Source: a virus (taxonomy: Duplodnaviria; Caudoviricetes). Taken from it: a DNA stretch of 64,000 nt. Location: IMG/VR virus record IMGVR_UViG_2887198475_000002; one strand, given 5' to 3'. Each line of letters opens with the position of its first letter. Positions within the stretch are counted from its first letter, which is position 1. Under the pieces are notes generated by a model, which was given only the letters and a program-made list of their open reading frames with translations, was not told where the DNA came from and did no database searches. A program made the position numbers and the translations under genes. Shown here piece after piece: positions 43,360-53,381 of this stretch.

Positions 43360-46300
43360 ATGACCGCACGAGCCCCAATTGTCCTTTTTTTGAAGGCGTT
43401 ACAGCCCGGCGAACGCTGGATAACGGTCCACAGCCACGGGCCGGACGCGCCCGGCCAGCCCGTGCTGATCCGGCAGGAGAGCGACGGCTCCGCAAGGGTG
43501 GTTGGGGGCGCCGGCGGGGCGTTGAACCATCTGCGCCTGACCGCTGTGCGCGACGAGGCCGAATACAAGCAGGAGGCGGCAAAGCGCGCGGAGCTGCACC
43601 GCGACGCCAGGAAGCGGCAGCAGGAGCGCGATCGGCGAGACGGCCTCGCTGACAGCAAGAAGCGGGCGCGGGAGGTATTGCAGGCCAGCCTGGGCGACCA
43701 CCGGGCGAAATTCGTGGAGACGGTCGCGCAGGCCATGGGCTGGGACACCCGGTTCCCGGCCGAGAAATACCAGAACCTCAGCGACGCGGCCCTGCGGCGG
43801 GCGCAGCAGCGGCACGCCAACGGCCTGATGAAGCGGGCGCGCGAAGCTGTGGACATGCAGCAGCAGCGCCTTGTCGCCGACGCCGAGGCGCGGGGCGCTG
43901 CGGGCCTGGGCGAAGTCAAGCTCACCAGCTCGAAGCCGGACGAGATCACGGCGGAGGACTTGGCGCCGGTGGCGCCGCCGAACGGCCGGGGCCTGGGCTT
44001 CGACCCGGAATACGGCAAGCGCGCCGCCGCGGCGGGCCTGACCGCGGAGGAAAAGCGGCAGGAGGCCGAGGCCACCAAGCCGCAGGATCCGGAGCGGCAG
44101 GCGGCCGCGGCAGAGCGCAAGGTGACGGCGCAGAAGATCGCCGGCGAGCTGGCGACGGTCCGCGATCCGCTTCCCCAGGTGGACCCGAAGCGCGTCGTGG
44201 ACGATCGCGCCGCCCTCGCCATGGTCAAGGCGCGGAAGGCGTTGCAGCAGGCCGAGCGCGCCGCCCGGGACGCGAACAAGCAGATCGACGTCGCCCGCAC
44301 CACGGTCGAGCCGCGGGCCTTCGTCATCGAGACGCGGCAGGCGAGCGATGACGAGGCCCTGAAAGACCTCGAAAACGACCTGAAGACGGTCCGGACCCGG
44401 GCTTTCGTGTCGGAAGTCGGGAAGATGATCGGGGAGCGGGAGAGCGTCGGCGGGCACATTGCCGCCGGCGCCTTCAACAGCATCAACGCCCTGGCGCTCG
44501 CCGCCGGCGGTTCGGCCCTCCTCGATCGGTCAACGGTGGATGTGCTGGGCACGGACGGCGCCGCGCGCGTCCTGGCCCGGCGGCTGCAAGCCGACCTCTC
44601 CCCGCAGGAGATGGACGAGCTGCGGGGGGCAATGGAGCGGTACCACATCGACCACTACATGCGGGTGCAGGCGACCGATGGGGCGCTGCGGGACGCGCGG
44701 ACGTGGCACGAGATGGCCCAGGAGATCGAGCTGGGCGCCGCGAGCACCGGGCATGACCTGATGGCCGCCCAGGAGCTGAACGCCCGCCGGCGGGAATACG
44801 TCGGGAAAGCCCAGCAGGTCTTGGGCGTGGCCCTGGGCGAGATGGAGGCGAACGCCGCGCTGGTGGCGGCCCTGGGCCGGAAGAAGCCGGAGGCCAGCCT
44901 GACGGTCAGCATGGGCAAGCTGGCGCCCGAGCAGGCGATCGCCCAGGCGCGCGCGATCGGGTTGCAGCGGGGCGAGTACCGGATCGAGCGCGTGGGGGCC
45001 TCGACCATGCTGACGGTCGAGGCGGCCGGCATGGATCGGCTGGCGAAGCCGGTCAGCCGGTCCGACCTCGCGCGCACCCGGGGCGCGCTGGACATCATCG
45101 AGGGGCGCAGGGACGAGGATGGATGGTTGCCGGAGGGCGTGGCGAAGCGCCTGGACCTGGGGCGTGACGACATGAAGCCGGGCGTGGCCCCCAGCCTCGC
45201 GCAGCCATTCCCCGACAAGCCGGCGGACGTGCGGCAAGCGGTGCGCGACTACATCGGCGCCAGGGCGGCGGACGGGGACACGCCGGCCGACATCCTCGCC
45301 GGCCTGCTGAACGAGGAGACGATCCAGCGCGCCGGCGACCGTGACGCCTATTTCCGCGCGGTCGAGGAGGTGGCCCCGTCGAAGGATGCCGAGGGCAAGC
45401 AGATCCGGGCCGAGGCCCACGCGGACCGCTTCGCGGAGCTGGCGGACGACTACACCTCGCGGGGGCTGGGCGGGAAGCTGCCGCCCCTGCACCGGCAGAA
45501 GTTCGCCGAGGACGATGCCGCGGCCGATGCGCTGCACCGGGCGCTGGCGGCGCACCCCGAAGGCGTGGCGGCATTCAAGCCGGTGGGGGACCTGACGCCG
45601 CAGGAGCAGGGCATGCTCCGCGGCGTGTTCGCTGCCGAGTTCGCCAAGTCGGCCGGGCCGGAGGCGCAGGCCAAGCAGCAGCGGCTTGCCGAGCTGGGCA
45701 CCAACGAGCCGGAGCGCGAGGTTGAGGACATGTTCGGGCGGGGCGAGAACCCGCTCTGGCGCGAATGGAAGGCCGAGCGCGACGGGCTCGCCGAGGAGCT
45801 GAACCGCGACACCATGACCTGGGGGAAATACCTCGCGGTCATGGGCAGTCCGGCGGCCGGCTATGCCGCCATGCAGGACGTGGTCCGGTCGAAGGTGGTC
45901 GGGCGCTTCGCCGAGGAGCTGAATCGGCTCCGCCCGGCCGAGGCCGTGAAGGTGGGCAAGACCACCATCCGCGGGGACATCGACCACCTGGGCGCCCTCA
46001 ATCCGGAGGAGCGCGAGCGCCGGGAAACCGAGCGGAAGAAGCTCGCCGGCGCCATGCAGGCGCGCGTCGGGGGCAAATTCGCGTCGGACGACGTGAAGGG
46101 GAAGATCCTGCGGGAGCGCGAGGCCCAGGCAGCCATCGCGCAGAGCCAGATGGGCCTGTTCGGGTTCGAGGAGCCGGCGCCGAAGGCGGAGGAGGGCGAG
46201 GCCGGGCCGCTCCTGCCGGAGCTGCGCCAGGGCGAGCGGCTGACGATCGGGCATCAGGCCGAGCAGCAGTTGCAGCGCATGATGGGGCGGATCGGCGCGA

Positions 46301-47955
46301 ACTTCCGCCCCGGCACCGCGCCGGTGAACCTGTGGCGGCCCGACATGAGCGGGAAATTCGTCGGCCGGCAGCGGGCGGTGAAGCTGATCGAGCACTCGAA
46401 AAGAGTGGCTCTTGGACTAGGGGTTGGGTCAGGCAAGACGAGTATCGCGCTATCGGCTTTTACGCACCTCAAGGCGAAGGGGAAGGCCAAGCGGGGCCTG
46501 TTCATCGTCCCCTCGATCGCCCAGGGGCAGTTCCACGGCGAGGCCCTGAACGTGCTTGAGCCGGGGCGCTACCGCTGGCACGCGGAGCCGGGTGCGAGCC
46601 GGGAGGAGCGCATCGCAGCCTACAAAGACCCGAGCATCGACTTCAACGTGGTCACGCACGCCGCCTTCAGGGATGACATGCTGCACCTCGCGGCCGCGCG
46701 CGAAGGCAGCACGCCGGACATCGTTGCCGAGAAGCTGGACGGCATGACGCCGGAGGGGCGTGCCGCCTACATGCGCGACCTGCTGGCCGCCGAGGGCATC
46801 GACCACGACTATCTGGCCGTGGACGAGGGGCACCAGCTCTTGAACCGCGAGGGCAAAGAAAACTCGCGGATGGCAAACGTCATAGACGGTATCTCAGACT
46901 CTCGAAGCTATTACGTAAATCTCACCGCGGATAGCGTGAAGAACGACGCTTCCGAGGCGTTCGACGTGCTCGCGAAGATGGACCGCGCTCGCTACTCAGA
47001 TCGGGATGCCTTCATGCGGCGCTACGGTGCGAACACGCCGGCGGCGCGCGAGGAGCTTCGCCGGGAGCTGGCCCGGCACCTCTACGCCGGGCACATCAAG
47101 CCGGAGGTGCAGGTCCGGAAGCAGGACGTGAAGGTGGCGCTGGGCGAGCGCGACCGGGCGCAGCTCGCCGCGATCGACAAGGCCGCGGCGGCGGCGCGCA
47201 TCGCCCGCATGAAGGGCGAGGTGGATCTGCCCGCGCTCCGGACCCTGGCGCCCGGGGCGTTCGAGGACGTGCCCGAGGCCCAGCACGAGGACGTGGCGCG
47301 GGAGCTGAATCAGTCCATCGGCATCCTGCGCGCCACTGCGGCCCGGCACGCGATCGACGGAAGCGCCAAGGTGGACAAGCTGTCCGAGCTGGCGCGGGAG
47401 CGGGCAGGGAAGCCGGGCGTGGTGTTCGCTCACAGCCTCGCCCGCGTGAAGGAGATCGCGGAACGCCTGACACGCGAGGGGCACCGGGTTGTCACCCTGA
47501 CCGGCACGGACACCAGCAAGGAGAAGGACGCCAAGAAGCAGGCTTTCCAGAGCGGCAAGGCGGACATCATCATCTGTTCGGACGCCGGCGCGGTCGGGGC
47601 GAATCTGCAACGCGGGCAATGGCTGGCGCAGTTCGACACGCCGCAGACAGCGATGGTCCATAACCAGCGGCAGGGCCGGATCAACCGCATCGGCCAGAAG
47701 AACGATATCGAGCTGCTGGACCTGATCGCCGACCATCCGGAGGAGGAGAAGGCCCGCAAGCGGCTGGCGGACAAATACGAGCTGCGGGCGATCATGTCCG
47801 ATCCCCTGGAAGGATTGGACGATCGGGGAATCGCCGGATTTCTAAACCGGGCGCGGGCAGGGAAGCAGGAGGAAGCGGCGCCGCTGTTCGAGGCCACGCC
47901 GGACGAAGAAGCCCCTCCGGCGCCGGAGCCGGAGGAGCAGCACTCGCTGTTTTAG
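43360..47955 (+). CDS. Giant SNF2-like helicase (second), probably virion-packaged
   Basis: GVGSGKT, VDEGH, LTA, GANLQ, QRQGRINRIGQ; late motif 13 nt upstream. Confidence 0.85.
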   Translation: MTARAPIVLFLKALQPGERWITVHSHGPDAPGQPVLIRQESDGSARVVGGAGGALNHLRLTAVRDEAEYKQEAAKRAELHRDARKRQQERDRRDGLADSKKRAREVLQASLGDHRAKFVETVAQAMGWDTRFPAEKYQNLSDAALRRAQQRHANGLMKRAREAVDMQQQRLVADAEARGAAGLGEVKLTSSKPDEITAEDLAPVAPPNGRGLGFDPEYGKRAAAAGLTAEEKRQEAEATKPQDPERQAAAAERKVTAQKIAGELATVRDPLPQVDPKRVVDDRAALAMVKARKALQQAERAARDANKQIDVARTTVEPRAFVIETRQASDDEALKDLENDLKTVRTRAFVSEVGKMIGERESVGGHIAAGAFNSINALALAAGGSALLDRSTVDVLGTDGAARVLARRLQADLSPQEMDELRGAMERYHIDHYMRVQATDGALRDARTWHEMAQEIELGAASTGHDLMAAQELNARRREYVGKAQQVLGVALGEMEANAALVAALGRKKPEASLTVSMGKLAPEQAIAQARAIGLQRGEYRIERVGASTMLTVEAAGMDRLAKPVSRSDLARTRGALDIIEGRRDEDGWLPEGVAKRLDLGRDDMKPGVAPSLAQPFPDKPADVRQAVRDYIGARAADGDTPADILAGLLNEETIQRAGDRDAYFRAVEEVAPSKDAEGKQIRAEAHADRFAELADDYTSRGLGGKLPPLHRQKFAEDDAAADALHRALAAHPEGVAAFKPVGDLTPQEQGMLRGVFAAEFAKSAGPEAQAKQQRLAELGTNEPEREVEDMFGRGENPLWREWKAERDGLAEELNRDTMTWGKYLAVMGSPAAGYAAMQDVVRSKVVGRFAEELNRLRPAEAVKVGKTTIRGDIDHLGALNPEERERRETERKKLAGAMQARVGGKFASDDVKGKILREREAQAAIAQSQMGLFGFEEPAPKAEEGEAGPLLPELRQGERLTIGHQAEQQLQRMMGRIGANFRPGTAPVNLWRPDMSGKFVGRQRAVKLIEHSKRVALGLGVGSGKTSIALSAFTHLKAKGKAKRGLFIVPSIAQGQFHGEALNVLEPGRYRWHAEPGASREERIAAYKDPSIDFNVVTHAAFRDDMLHLAAAREGSTPDIVAEKLDGMTPEGRAAYMRDLLAAEGIDHDYLAVDEGHQLLNREGKENSRMANVIDGISDSRSYYVNLTADSVKNDASEAFDVLAKMDRARYSDRDAFMRRYGANTPAAREELRRELARHLYAGHIKPEVQVRKQDVKVALGERDRAQLAAIDKAAAAARIARMKGEVDLPALRTLAPGAFEDVPEAQHEDVARELNQSIGILRATAARHAIDGSAKVDKLSELARERAGKPGVVFAHSLARVKEIAERLTREGHRVVTLTGTDTSKEKDAKKQAFQSGKADIIICSDAGAVGANLQRGQWLAQFDTPQTAMVHNQRQGRINRIGQKNDIELLDLIADHPEEEKARKRLADKYELRAIMSDPLEGLDDRGIAGFLNRARAGKQEEAAPLFEATPDEEAPPAPEPEEQHSLF

Positions 47956-49148
47956 CCGGAGATCAGGCTGCGAGCGTCGAGCCCATACCCCCAGCGCAGG
48001 AAGGCCGAGCCATCACCCCAGGCGACGCGCACTCCCCAGGCTGCGCCCTCCGGCGAGCTGCGGTCCCAATCGGCGAAGATGCGGGCCGCCGACGAGGCCA
48101 CGCCAGGAGGCAAGGCGAGCATGTCCTTCGAGGTGTCGAAGCCGTTGATGAGCGTCACGGCACGGGGCAGCGTCGCGAACACATCGGCGCCGGCCGTGCC
48201 GCGGGCAGTCCCCGTCGCGTCCGGTGTGATGCGGCCAGGAGCTGGGGCAGGGACAGGCGCCGGCGGCGGCGCGGTGCCGGCCCGCACGGCGTTCTTGGCC
48301 GGGTCGAAGCGGCTGCCCCAGCGCAGGAACGCCGATCCGCCGTCCCAGGTCACGCGCATCCCCCACGACGCCCCTTCGGGCGAGGCGAAGTCCCAATCGG
48401 CATAGGCGCGCACCGTGGTCGGGTTGACCGGCACGGCGAGCACGTCCCGGGCCGGGTCGAACCCGTTGATGAGCGTCAGCTTGCCAGTGGCCACGAACAC
48501 GTCGGCGCCGGCCGTGCCGCGCGCCGTGCCGGTGGCATCCGGCACGATGCCGCCCGTCGCCGGGGGAGGCGTTGGAGGTGGGGCAGGGACCGAGGCAAGC
48601 GGCGTGTAGCTCACATCGTAAAGCGTGATGCTGGTGTTCGGGTTGTTGTTGAGCGCCCCGATGGTGACGTTCACTCCGCCGTTCGCGGCATCCGCCCCGA
48701 TGCGGGTGGTGACGCTGCCCATGTCCTTTCCATCGACCGAATAGCTGACGCGTCCGGGCGCCCAGGTCAGGACGAACGTGTGGACCGCGTTCGGGTCGAT
48801 CCCATCGTAGAACGTGGATTGGAACCCGTTGCCGCCGTCGTCCTTGCGCCAATGCACTGTGCCGTAGAGGCGCGAGGAGCCGTCCGCGGCCGTCTCTGCC
48901 ATATCCAGCTCGCCGCCCGGCCACACGTCATCCGCTGGCCACAGGACGATCGCCGCGCCCGGTTCCCCGTTGCTCGTGATCTTCGCCGTGACCGTGTAGG
49001 TGCCGTAGCCGTGGCCCGTCGAGCGACCGAGGGGCCATTCCATCACTCCGGAATCGCCCCGGAGCGTGATCTGCCCAGGCACCGACGAGTCTATGGTTCC
49101 CCAGGTGTGGTTGAGCTGCCCCACGCCAGTCGAGAACGTCTCGAACAT
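47952..49148 (-). CDS. GH16-like glycoside hydrolase with duplicated C-terminal domain
   Basis: WP.GELDMAE (ExDxxE), H.F.L.W.P..V.Y.VDG; Pro linkers; two PDATGTARGTAGADVF..INGFD..ADWD..SPEGA.WG..SAFLRWG repeats. Confidence 0.8.
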   Translation of the reverse strand: MFETFSTGVGQLNHTWGTIDSSVPGQITLRGDSGVMEWPLGRSTGHGYGTYTVTAKITSNGEPGAAIVLWPADDVWPGGELDMAETAADGSSRLYGTVHWRKDDGGNGFQSTFYDGIDPNAVHTFVLTWAPGRVSYSVDGKDMGSVTTRIGADAANGGVNVTIGALNNNPNTSITLYDVSYTPLASVPAPPPTPPPATGGIVPDATGTARGTAGADVFVATGKLTLINGFDPARDVLAVPVNPTTVRAYADWDFASPEGASWGMRVTWDGGSAFLRWGSRFDPAKNAVRAGTAPPPAPVPAPAPGRITPDATGTARGTAGADVFATLPRAVTLINGFDTSKDMLALPPGVASSAARIFADWDRSSPEGAAWGVRVAWGDGSAFLRWGYGLDARSLISG

Positions 49149-49399
49149 GCCGCCACCATTTGTTTTGATGGACGCATGTTCACGTCACGACTGCTCGTGA
49201 ATGCTGAATCGCTTTCTCTATCTTGTGGATTATGAAAATGCCTGACGAGCCGCCGCCCGACGCACCGGACGCCGACGAGAAAGTCCTGATCCTGGCCTAT
49301 CTCGACCTGTGCAGGCGCATTGGCCTGCGACCGCTGCCTTGGTGGCGAGAGAGCAGGCACCCGGCGGACGATATGGAGTCGTGACGTGACCGTGAGGGG

Positions 49400-49759
49400 A
49401 TGGAATGCTTTCCCCTCGCCAAGACACGCAGCCGCCGGCGCGCGCCGCGCCAGCGTCGCGTCCGGTCCTGCCCCCATCTGGCCTATGTCGCTTCGCTGCC
49501 GTGCGCAGTGCCGTGGTGCCGGTCCTGCGACATCACCGTGCATCACCTCACGCATGCGGAGCCCAAGGCCCGGGGGCTGAAGGCATCGGATGCCGCGACT
49601 GTTCCCCTCTGCGTCGAACACCATCTTGGCCGGACTGGCGTCCACCACCGCGGAGACGAGCGGGCATGGTGGGAGAGCATCGGCGTGGACGCCATCGCCC
49701 TGGCCGCCCGCCTGTGGGCCGCCAGCGTGGCCGCGGGGCGGGTGCGCTTCAATGCCTGA
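49400..49759 (+). CDS. DUF968/HNH-like nuclease
   Basis: HLAYVASLPC..C...HH..KASD..TVPLC.EHH. Confidence 0.7.
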   Translation: MECFPLAKTRSRRRAPRQRRVRSCPHLAYVASLPCAVPWCRSCDITVHHLTHAEPKARGLKASDAATVPLCVEHHLGRTGVHHRGDERAWWESIGVDAIALAARLWAASVAAGRVRFNA

Positions 49760-49986
49760 CAGCAGCACGTCAAGCCCATGCAGGGGTCACCACACGATTT
49801 GTACAAAACTGCCCGCTAACCCGGCGCGGCCCGGTTTGCTCAGGCCCAGGATTGCTCCAAGCACCGTCCAAATCTTCGTTCTGCATTGGCGTTGTCTGGC
49901 TGACATCCGACGCTCTGTCCTCGAAAAGCCAGCACGCCGGAGCCAATGAAGGCAGGAGGCCGTTAGTAATTAGCCGAACTCTCGCT

Positions 49987-50412
49987 TTAGGGGGCAATCG
50001 CCTTCATCTGTTCTGCTTCCTTACGCAGATTGCCCAGCCATTCCCATTCAACATCCCCCGGTCGCTTCGCCTCCCATTTCCACCAGCCGTTCAAAGCTGC
50101 CTTCGTGTCGATAATAGTTCTGGCGGCTGCAGTTGGGCTATTCTGCGGTTTACCATTAAGTATCCAAAGGCCATCGACAATCTCCGCACGATGTTCACGC
50201 CCCTGATGATTAAGCCTCAGTTCCGTTCCGTGCGGCAGACTGATTTTATCATAATTCCAAGGCAGGAGAGGTTTTGGATCTATCGGCTGCTGTTTGGGTG
50301 GCAGCCCCAATTTTTTCCGGAGCACGTCATTGAATGTCATTTCCTCGGTTTCGCGGAGGGCGAATAGCGCCTTCTCGACGTCGAAATCAATCTGAATTGT
50401 TGCCATCATCAA
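49987..50412 (-). CDS. Low-GC RAMA/DUF4357-like DNA-binding protein
   Basis: LP.GT.L..SPTAAA..NGW..W. Confidence 0.6.
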   Translation of the reverse strand: MMMATIQIDFDVEKALFALRETEEMTFNDVLRKKLGLPPKQQPIDPKPLLPWNYDKISLPHGTELRLNHQGREHRAEIVDGLWILNGKPQNSPTAAARTIIDTKAALNGWWKWEAKRPGDVEWEWLGNLRKEAEQMKAIAP

Positions 50413-50512
50413 TTTCCTCGGTTACGTCATCGAAAGATGTTAGACGCGAAATTGAATTCAAGCAAGCAAGAAAGATTCCCGGACGTGCCGGGAGCAAGGC
50501 GTTGGAAATCGT

Positions 50513-50700
50513 GTGGTGGCCCCATCATGCACGAGGGGTTGCGGGCTCGGCCCAGCCGGGCATTGCCTGAGCTGCGGGCGGACCTTGGGCGAGATCGCAG
50601 AGTGGTCGGCTGCCAGCGAGCCGCGCCGCCGCGAGATTGCCGATGCGGCGGCGGCGCGGGCGGGCGCGGTCAGAGCGGCCGGAGGCGAATGCTATAGCTC
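50513..50700 (+). CDS. DUF1289-like Cys-rich protein (possibly degenerate)
   Basis: C...C.L...G.C.SC.RTL.EIAEW; end uncertain. Confidence 0.5.
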
Positions 50701-53097
50701 TCCTGCGGCAGCTCAAGCCAGCACTGCCAGCGCCGGGCTACCGCGCCGTCAGGCCCAAGGATCTCCATCACATAGGCCGGCCGGGTTTCCGCCGCGGCCT
50801 CCGGCGTAGCCGGCGCATCGCCACGGACGATGCTGGCGCTGCGCTCTGCGGCTGCCTGATCCTGTTCCCCGCTCATTGTCCCTCCACCTCGGCAGCGGCG
50901 CGCTCGGCATATTCGGCACGGGCGCTGCGCCAGCCGCGGTGGAAATTCCGGACGGCGGCGGCGCGCGCGTGGTCCGGCGCTTCGCTGGCGATCCGGGCTG
51001 CCGCCACTGAGAGCACCAGCGTCGCCAGCGCGTGCGGCAGGCGCAGCGCAAGATGCTCAAGCTCCGTCGCGATCTCGTTCAGCTCCTCGCCCGCGTCGCT
51101 CATTCGGCCGCCGCCTGGGCTGGCGCCCCGGAATCGCGTTCGAGCGCCCGCGCCTGCCTCGGCGTGGCGATGCGGAAGCGGGGATGCTCTTTGCCATCCG
51201 GCGTCAGCACTTCCAGCTCGTGGATCTTGAATAGCCCCCCGAGCGTCCAGTCGCAGCCGCGGATCCGCCGGCGCGCGCGGGCCTTCGTGCTCCTGTCGCT
51301 GCTGCTGGGCCAGGGGCCGGCATCCGTCAGCCGCCCCTCGCACGCGAAGCCGATCATGTCCTCCGCCCACTCCGGCGTGGCGCCAGCTCGCACCAGCGAC
51401 GCTATGCTCTGGGGCGTGCCGCACATCGGGCACACCAATGCGAAGTGGTTGGAGTTGGACACGCCTTGCGCCTTCAGGCGGGCGAGGAACACTTCGACGG
51501 TCATCTGTTCGGGCATGCTGGCCTCACCCTCCCTACGCGTGCCCTGATCGCTCGCTCTCCGGCCCCGGCATCGGATCGCGCCACGTCGGCCGCACGCCGG
51601 AGATTTCTTCGATGTGCGCCGCGACGGCGCCCTTCATGATTTCCGTGAAGGCGAGCTTGCGCGCTTGGCTGGCGGTCACGATTGCCATCCGGATCGAGCC
51701 GAGCAGGATGGCCCCGTCCATCGTGTTTGGCCTCGCATAGTAGGCGTTCCAGAACTCGCCTTCGACACGGAGGGCGAGGCGCCCGATCTGCTGCTGTGCG
51801 TTTGCCGTCATTTGCTTTCTTTCTTCCGCCAAACCTGACCAGTTCCGGCGCAGTCTGGGCAAGAGCCGGGCCGGTTGTAGAGCGCGGCCAGCTCCTCGTC
51901 GTATTCCTTCCACGGGTCGAAGCACAGCGGCCCTGCCGGATCCTCGCCGTCCCCCTGGCACATCGCGCATCGTTCGAGGCGCCAGGGGCCTTTCTTGTGC
52001 TCGCGCATGCCGCCCGCTCTATGCCCGCCGCGGAAATCCGCTGAAATCTGCGGTAACATGCGGAAATCTGCGGCAATCCGCGAAACCGCGGCTGAAACCG
52101 CGCGCCCCGGCGAGGGGTTCCGCGTCATGTCGTGGAGGCCACGAAGATGCGGCCCCCGCCTTCGACAAGCCGCACCCTGCGGAGCCAGAAGAACAGCCCC
52201 TCGCAGGCGACGATCCACCCCTTGGTTCCTAGTCGCTCCGGGAGGCGTTCGCAGATTTCCTCGACGCCCAGCACAGCGCGGAAGTCCACCGGCACCCGGC
52301 CGTTGGGCAGTTTGCCGACCGCGATTTGCAGGTCGCTCACGGCGACCTCGCCGAAACCCGCGGGAATGCTCATTGCAGGATCCTTGTCGAGTGTTGCGAT
52401 TGCAGCCACGCCTCGGCCGCGATCATGCCGCCGTTGCCCCAGGCGATTTCTTCACCGAGCCCGCGCTCGTCTGTCGCGGACCAGAAAGCCTCGTCTGCCC
52501 ACAATCGGATGCCGCCGACGTAAGCCACCAACGGCACGCCGGCGACATCCGACAGGCCAAGGGCATCGTAATCAATCACCCACTTTACTGGCACCTTTTC
52601 CATCGCTTCACCTTGCATTCAGGGAATCTTGCGAGCGCGCCGCCACGGCCGCTCGTCGTTCGGCCGTTCGAGTTCCAAGACGATGGCGCCGTATATGCGC
52701 AGGCCGGGGGCGCGACGCAGCGGAGCCTCGCCGGTCACGCCGAACCCCGGCACATGCTCGGCCAGCACCGCGGCGGCGGCGCGCACCGCCGTTTCGTCGT
52801 CCCCCATAAGCCTGATCTGCACTGCGGCCGTTCCTGGCTGCTCTTTCCTTGGCGGCATCTGCGCCTCCGCGGTCGGGCGGGGTTGGGGGAGCCAGGGCCG
52901 GAGCCCCGGCCCCGCGGTCAGTCGGTCCATTCGGCGGCGATGGCGAAGCCAGAGTTATCGCGCAGGGCCACGAGGACGCTGTGGCCGGCGCGGCGGAGCG
53001 CGCTGACAAGCTGCCGGAACTCGCGGCACGCGTCGGCCTCGCTGCGGTCAATATTGTATGCGGGGAGAGCGGTGCCGGCCTCTATTCTGTAAGTCAT
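50670..53097 (-). other. Leftward array of small early ORFs (50670-50876, 50873-51103, 51533-51811, 51808-52008, 52125-52373, 52370-52603, 52619-52858, ~52918-53097)
   Basis: ATGA/TGA overlaps; no recognisable functions. Confidence 0.55.
51100..51516 (-). CDS. VVA0879-like Zn-binding phage protein
   Basis: CPMCGTPQS..FACEGR..GCDWTLGGLF. Confidence 0.7.
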   Translation of the reverse strand: MPEQMTVEVFLARLKAQGVSNSNHFALVCPMCGTPQSIASLVRAGATPEWAEDMIGFACEGRLTDAGPWPSSSDRSTKARARRRIRGCDWTLGGLFKIHELEVLTPDGKEHPRFRIATPRQARALERDSGAPAQAAAE

Positions 53098-53175
53098 TGT
53101 CGCCCCATGCTCTATTTCTTGACAGCATAAATCTCAATGTCATAAGATATCAACGGTGAAAACGGACATTATGGC

Positions 53176-53379
53176 ATGCCAAAGAAAGTACAGATAGCCG
53201 CAAGAGTCTTGCCAGATACTGTAAATGTACTCACAAAAGCGGCAGATGACAACAAACGCACTTTATCGTGTGTGGTCGATTCTATCCTGACCGCATGGGC
53301 TTTGGAGAAATGTTATCTGAACGATCAGAAGCCGACCGCCGGCGAGGACGCGGCGCGGGCAGGCGAGAGGGAGGAGTAA
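53176..53379 (+). CDS. Ribbon-helix-helix-like regulator
   Basis: KKVQIAARV..L..AA..KRTLS; first gene after the AT-rich divergent region 53098-53175. Confidence 0.55.
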   Translation: MPKKVQIAARVLPDTVNVLTKAADDNKRTLSCVVDSILTAWALEKCYLNDQKPTAGEDAARAGEREE

Positions 53380-53381
53380 CG

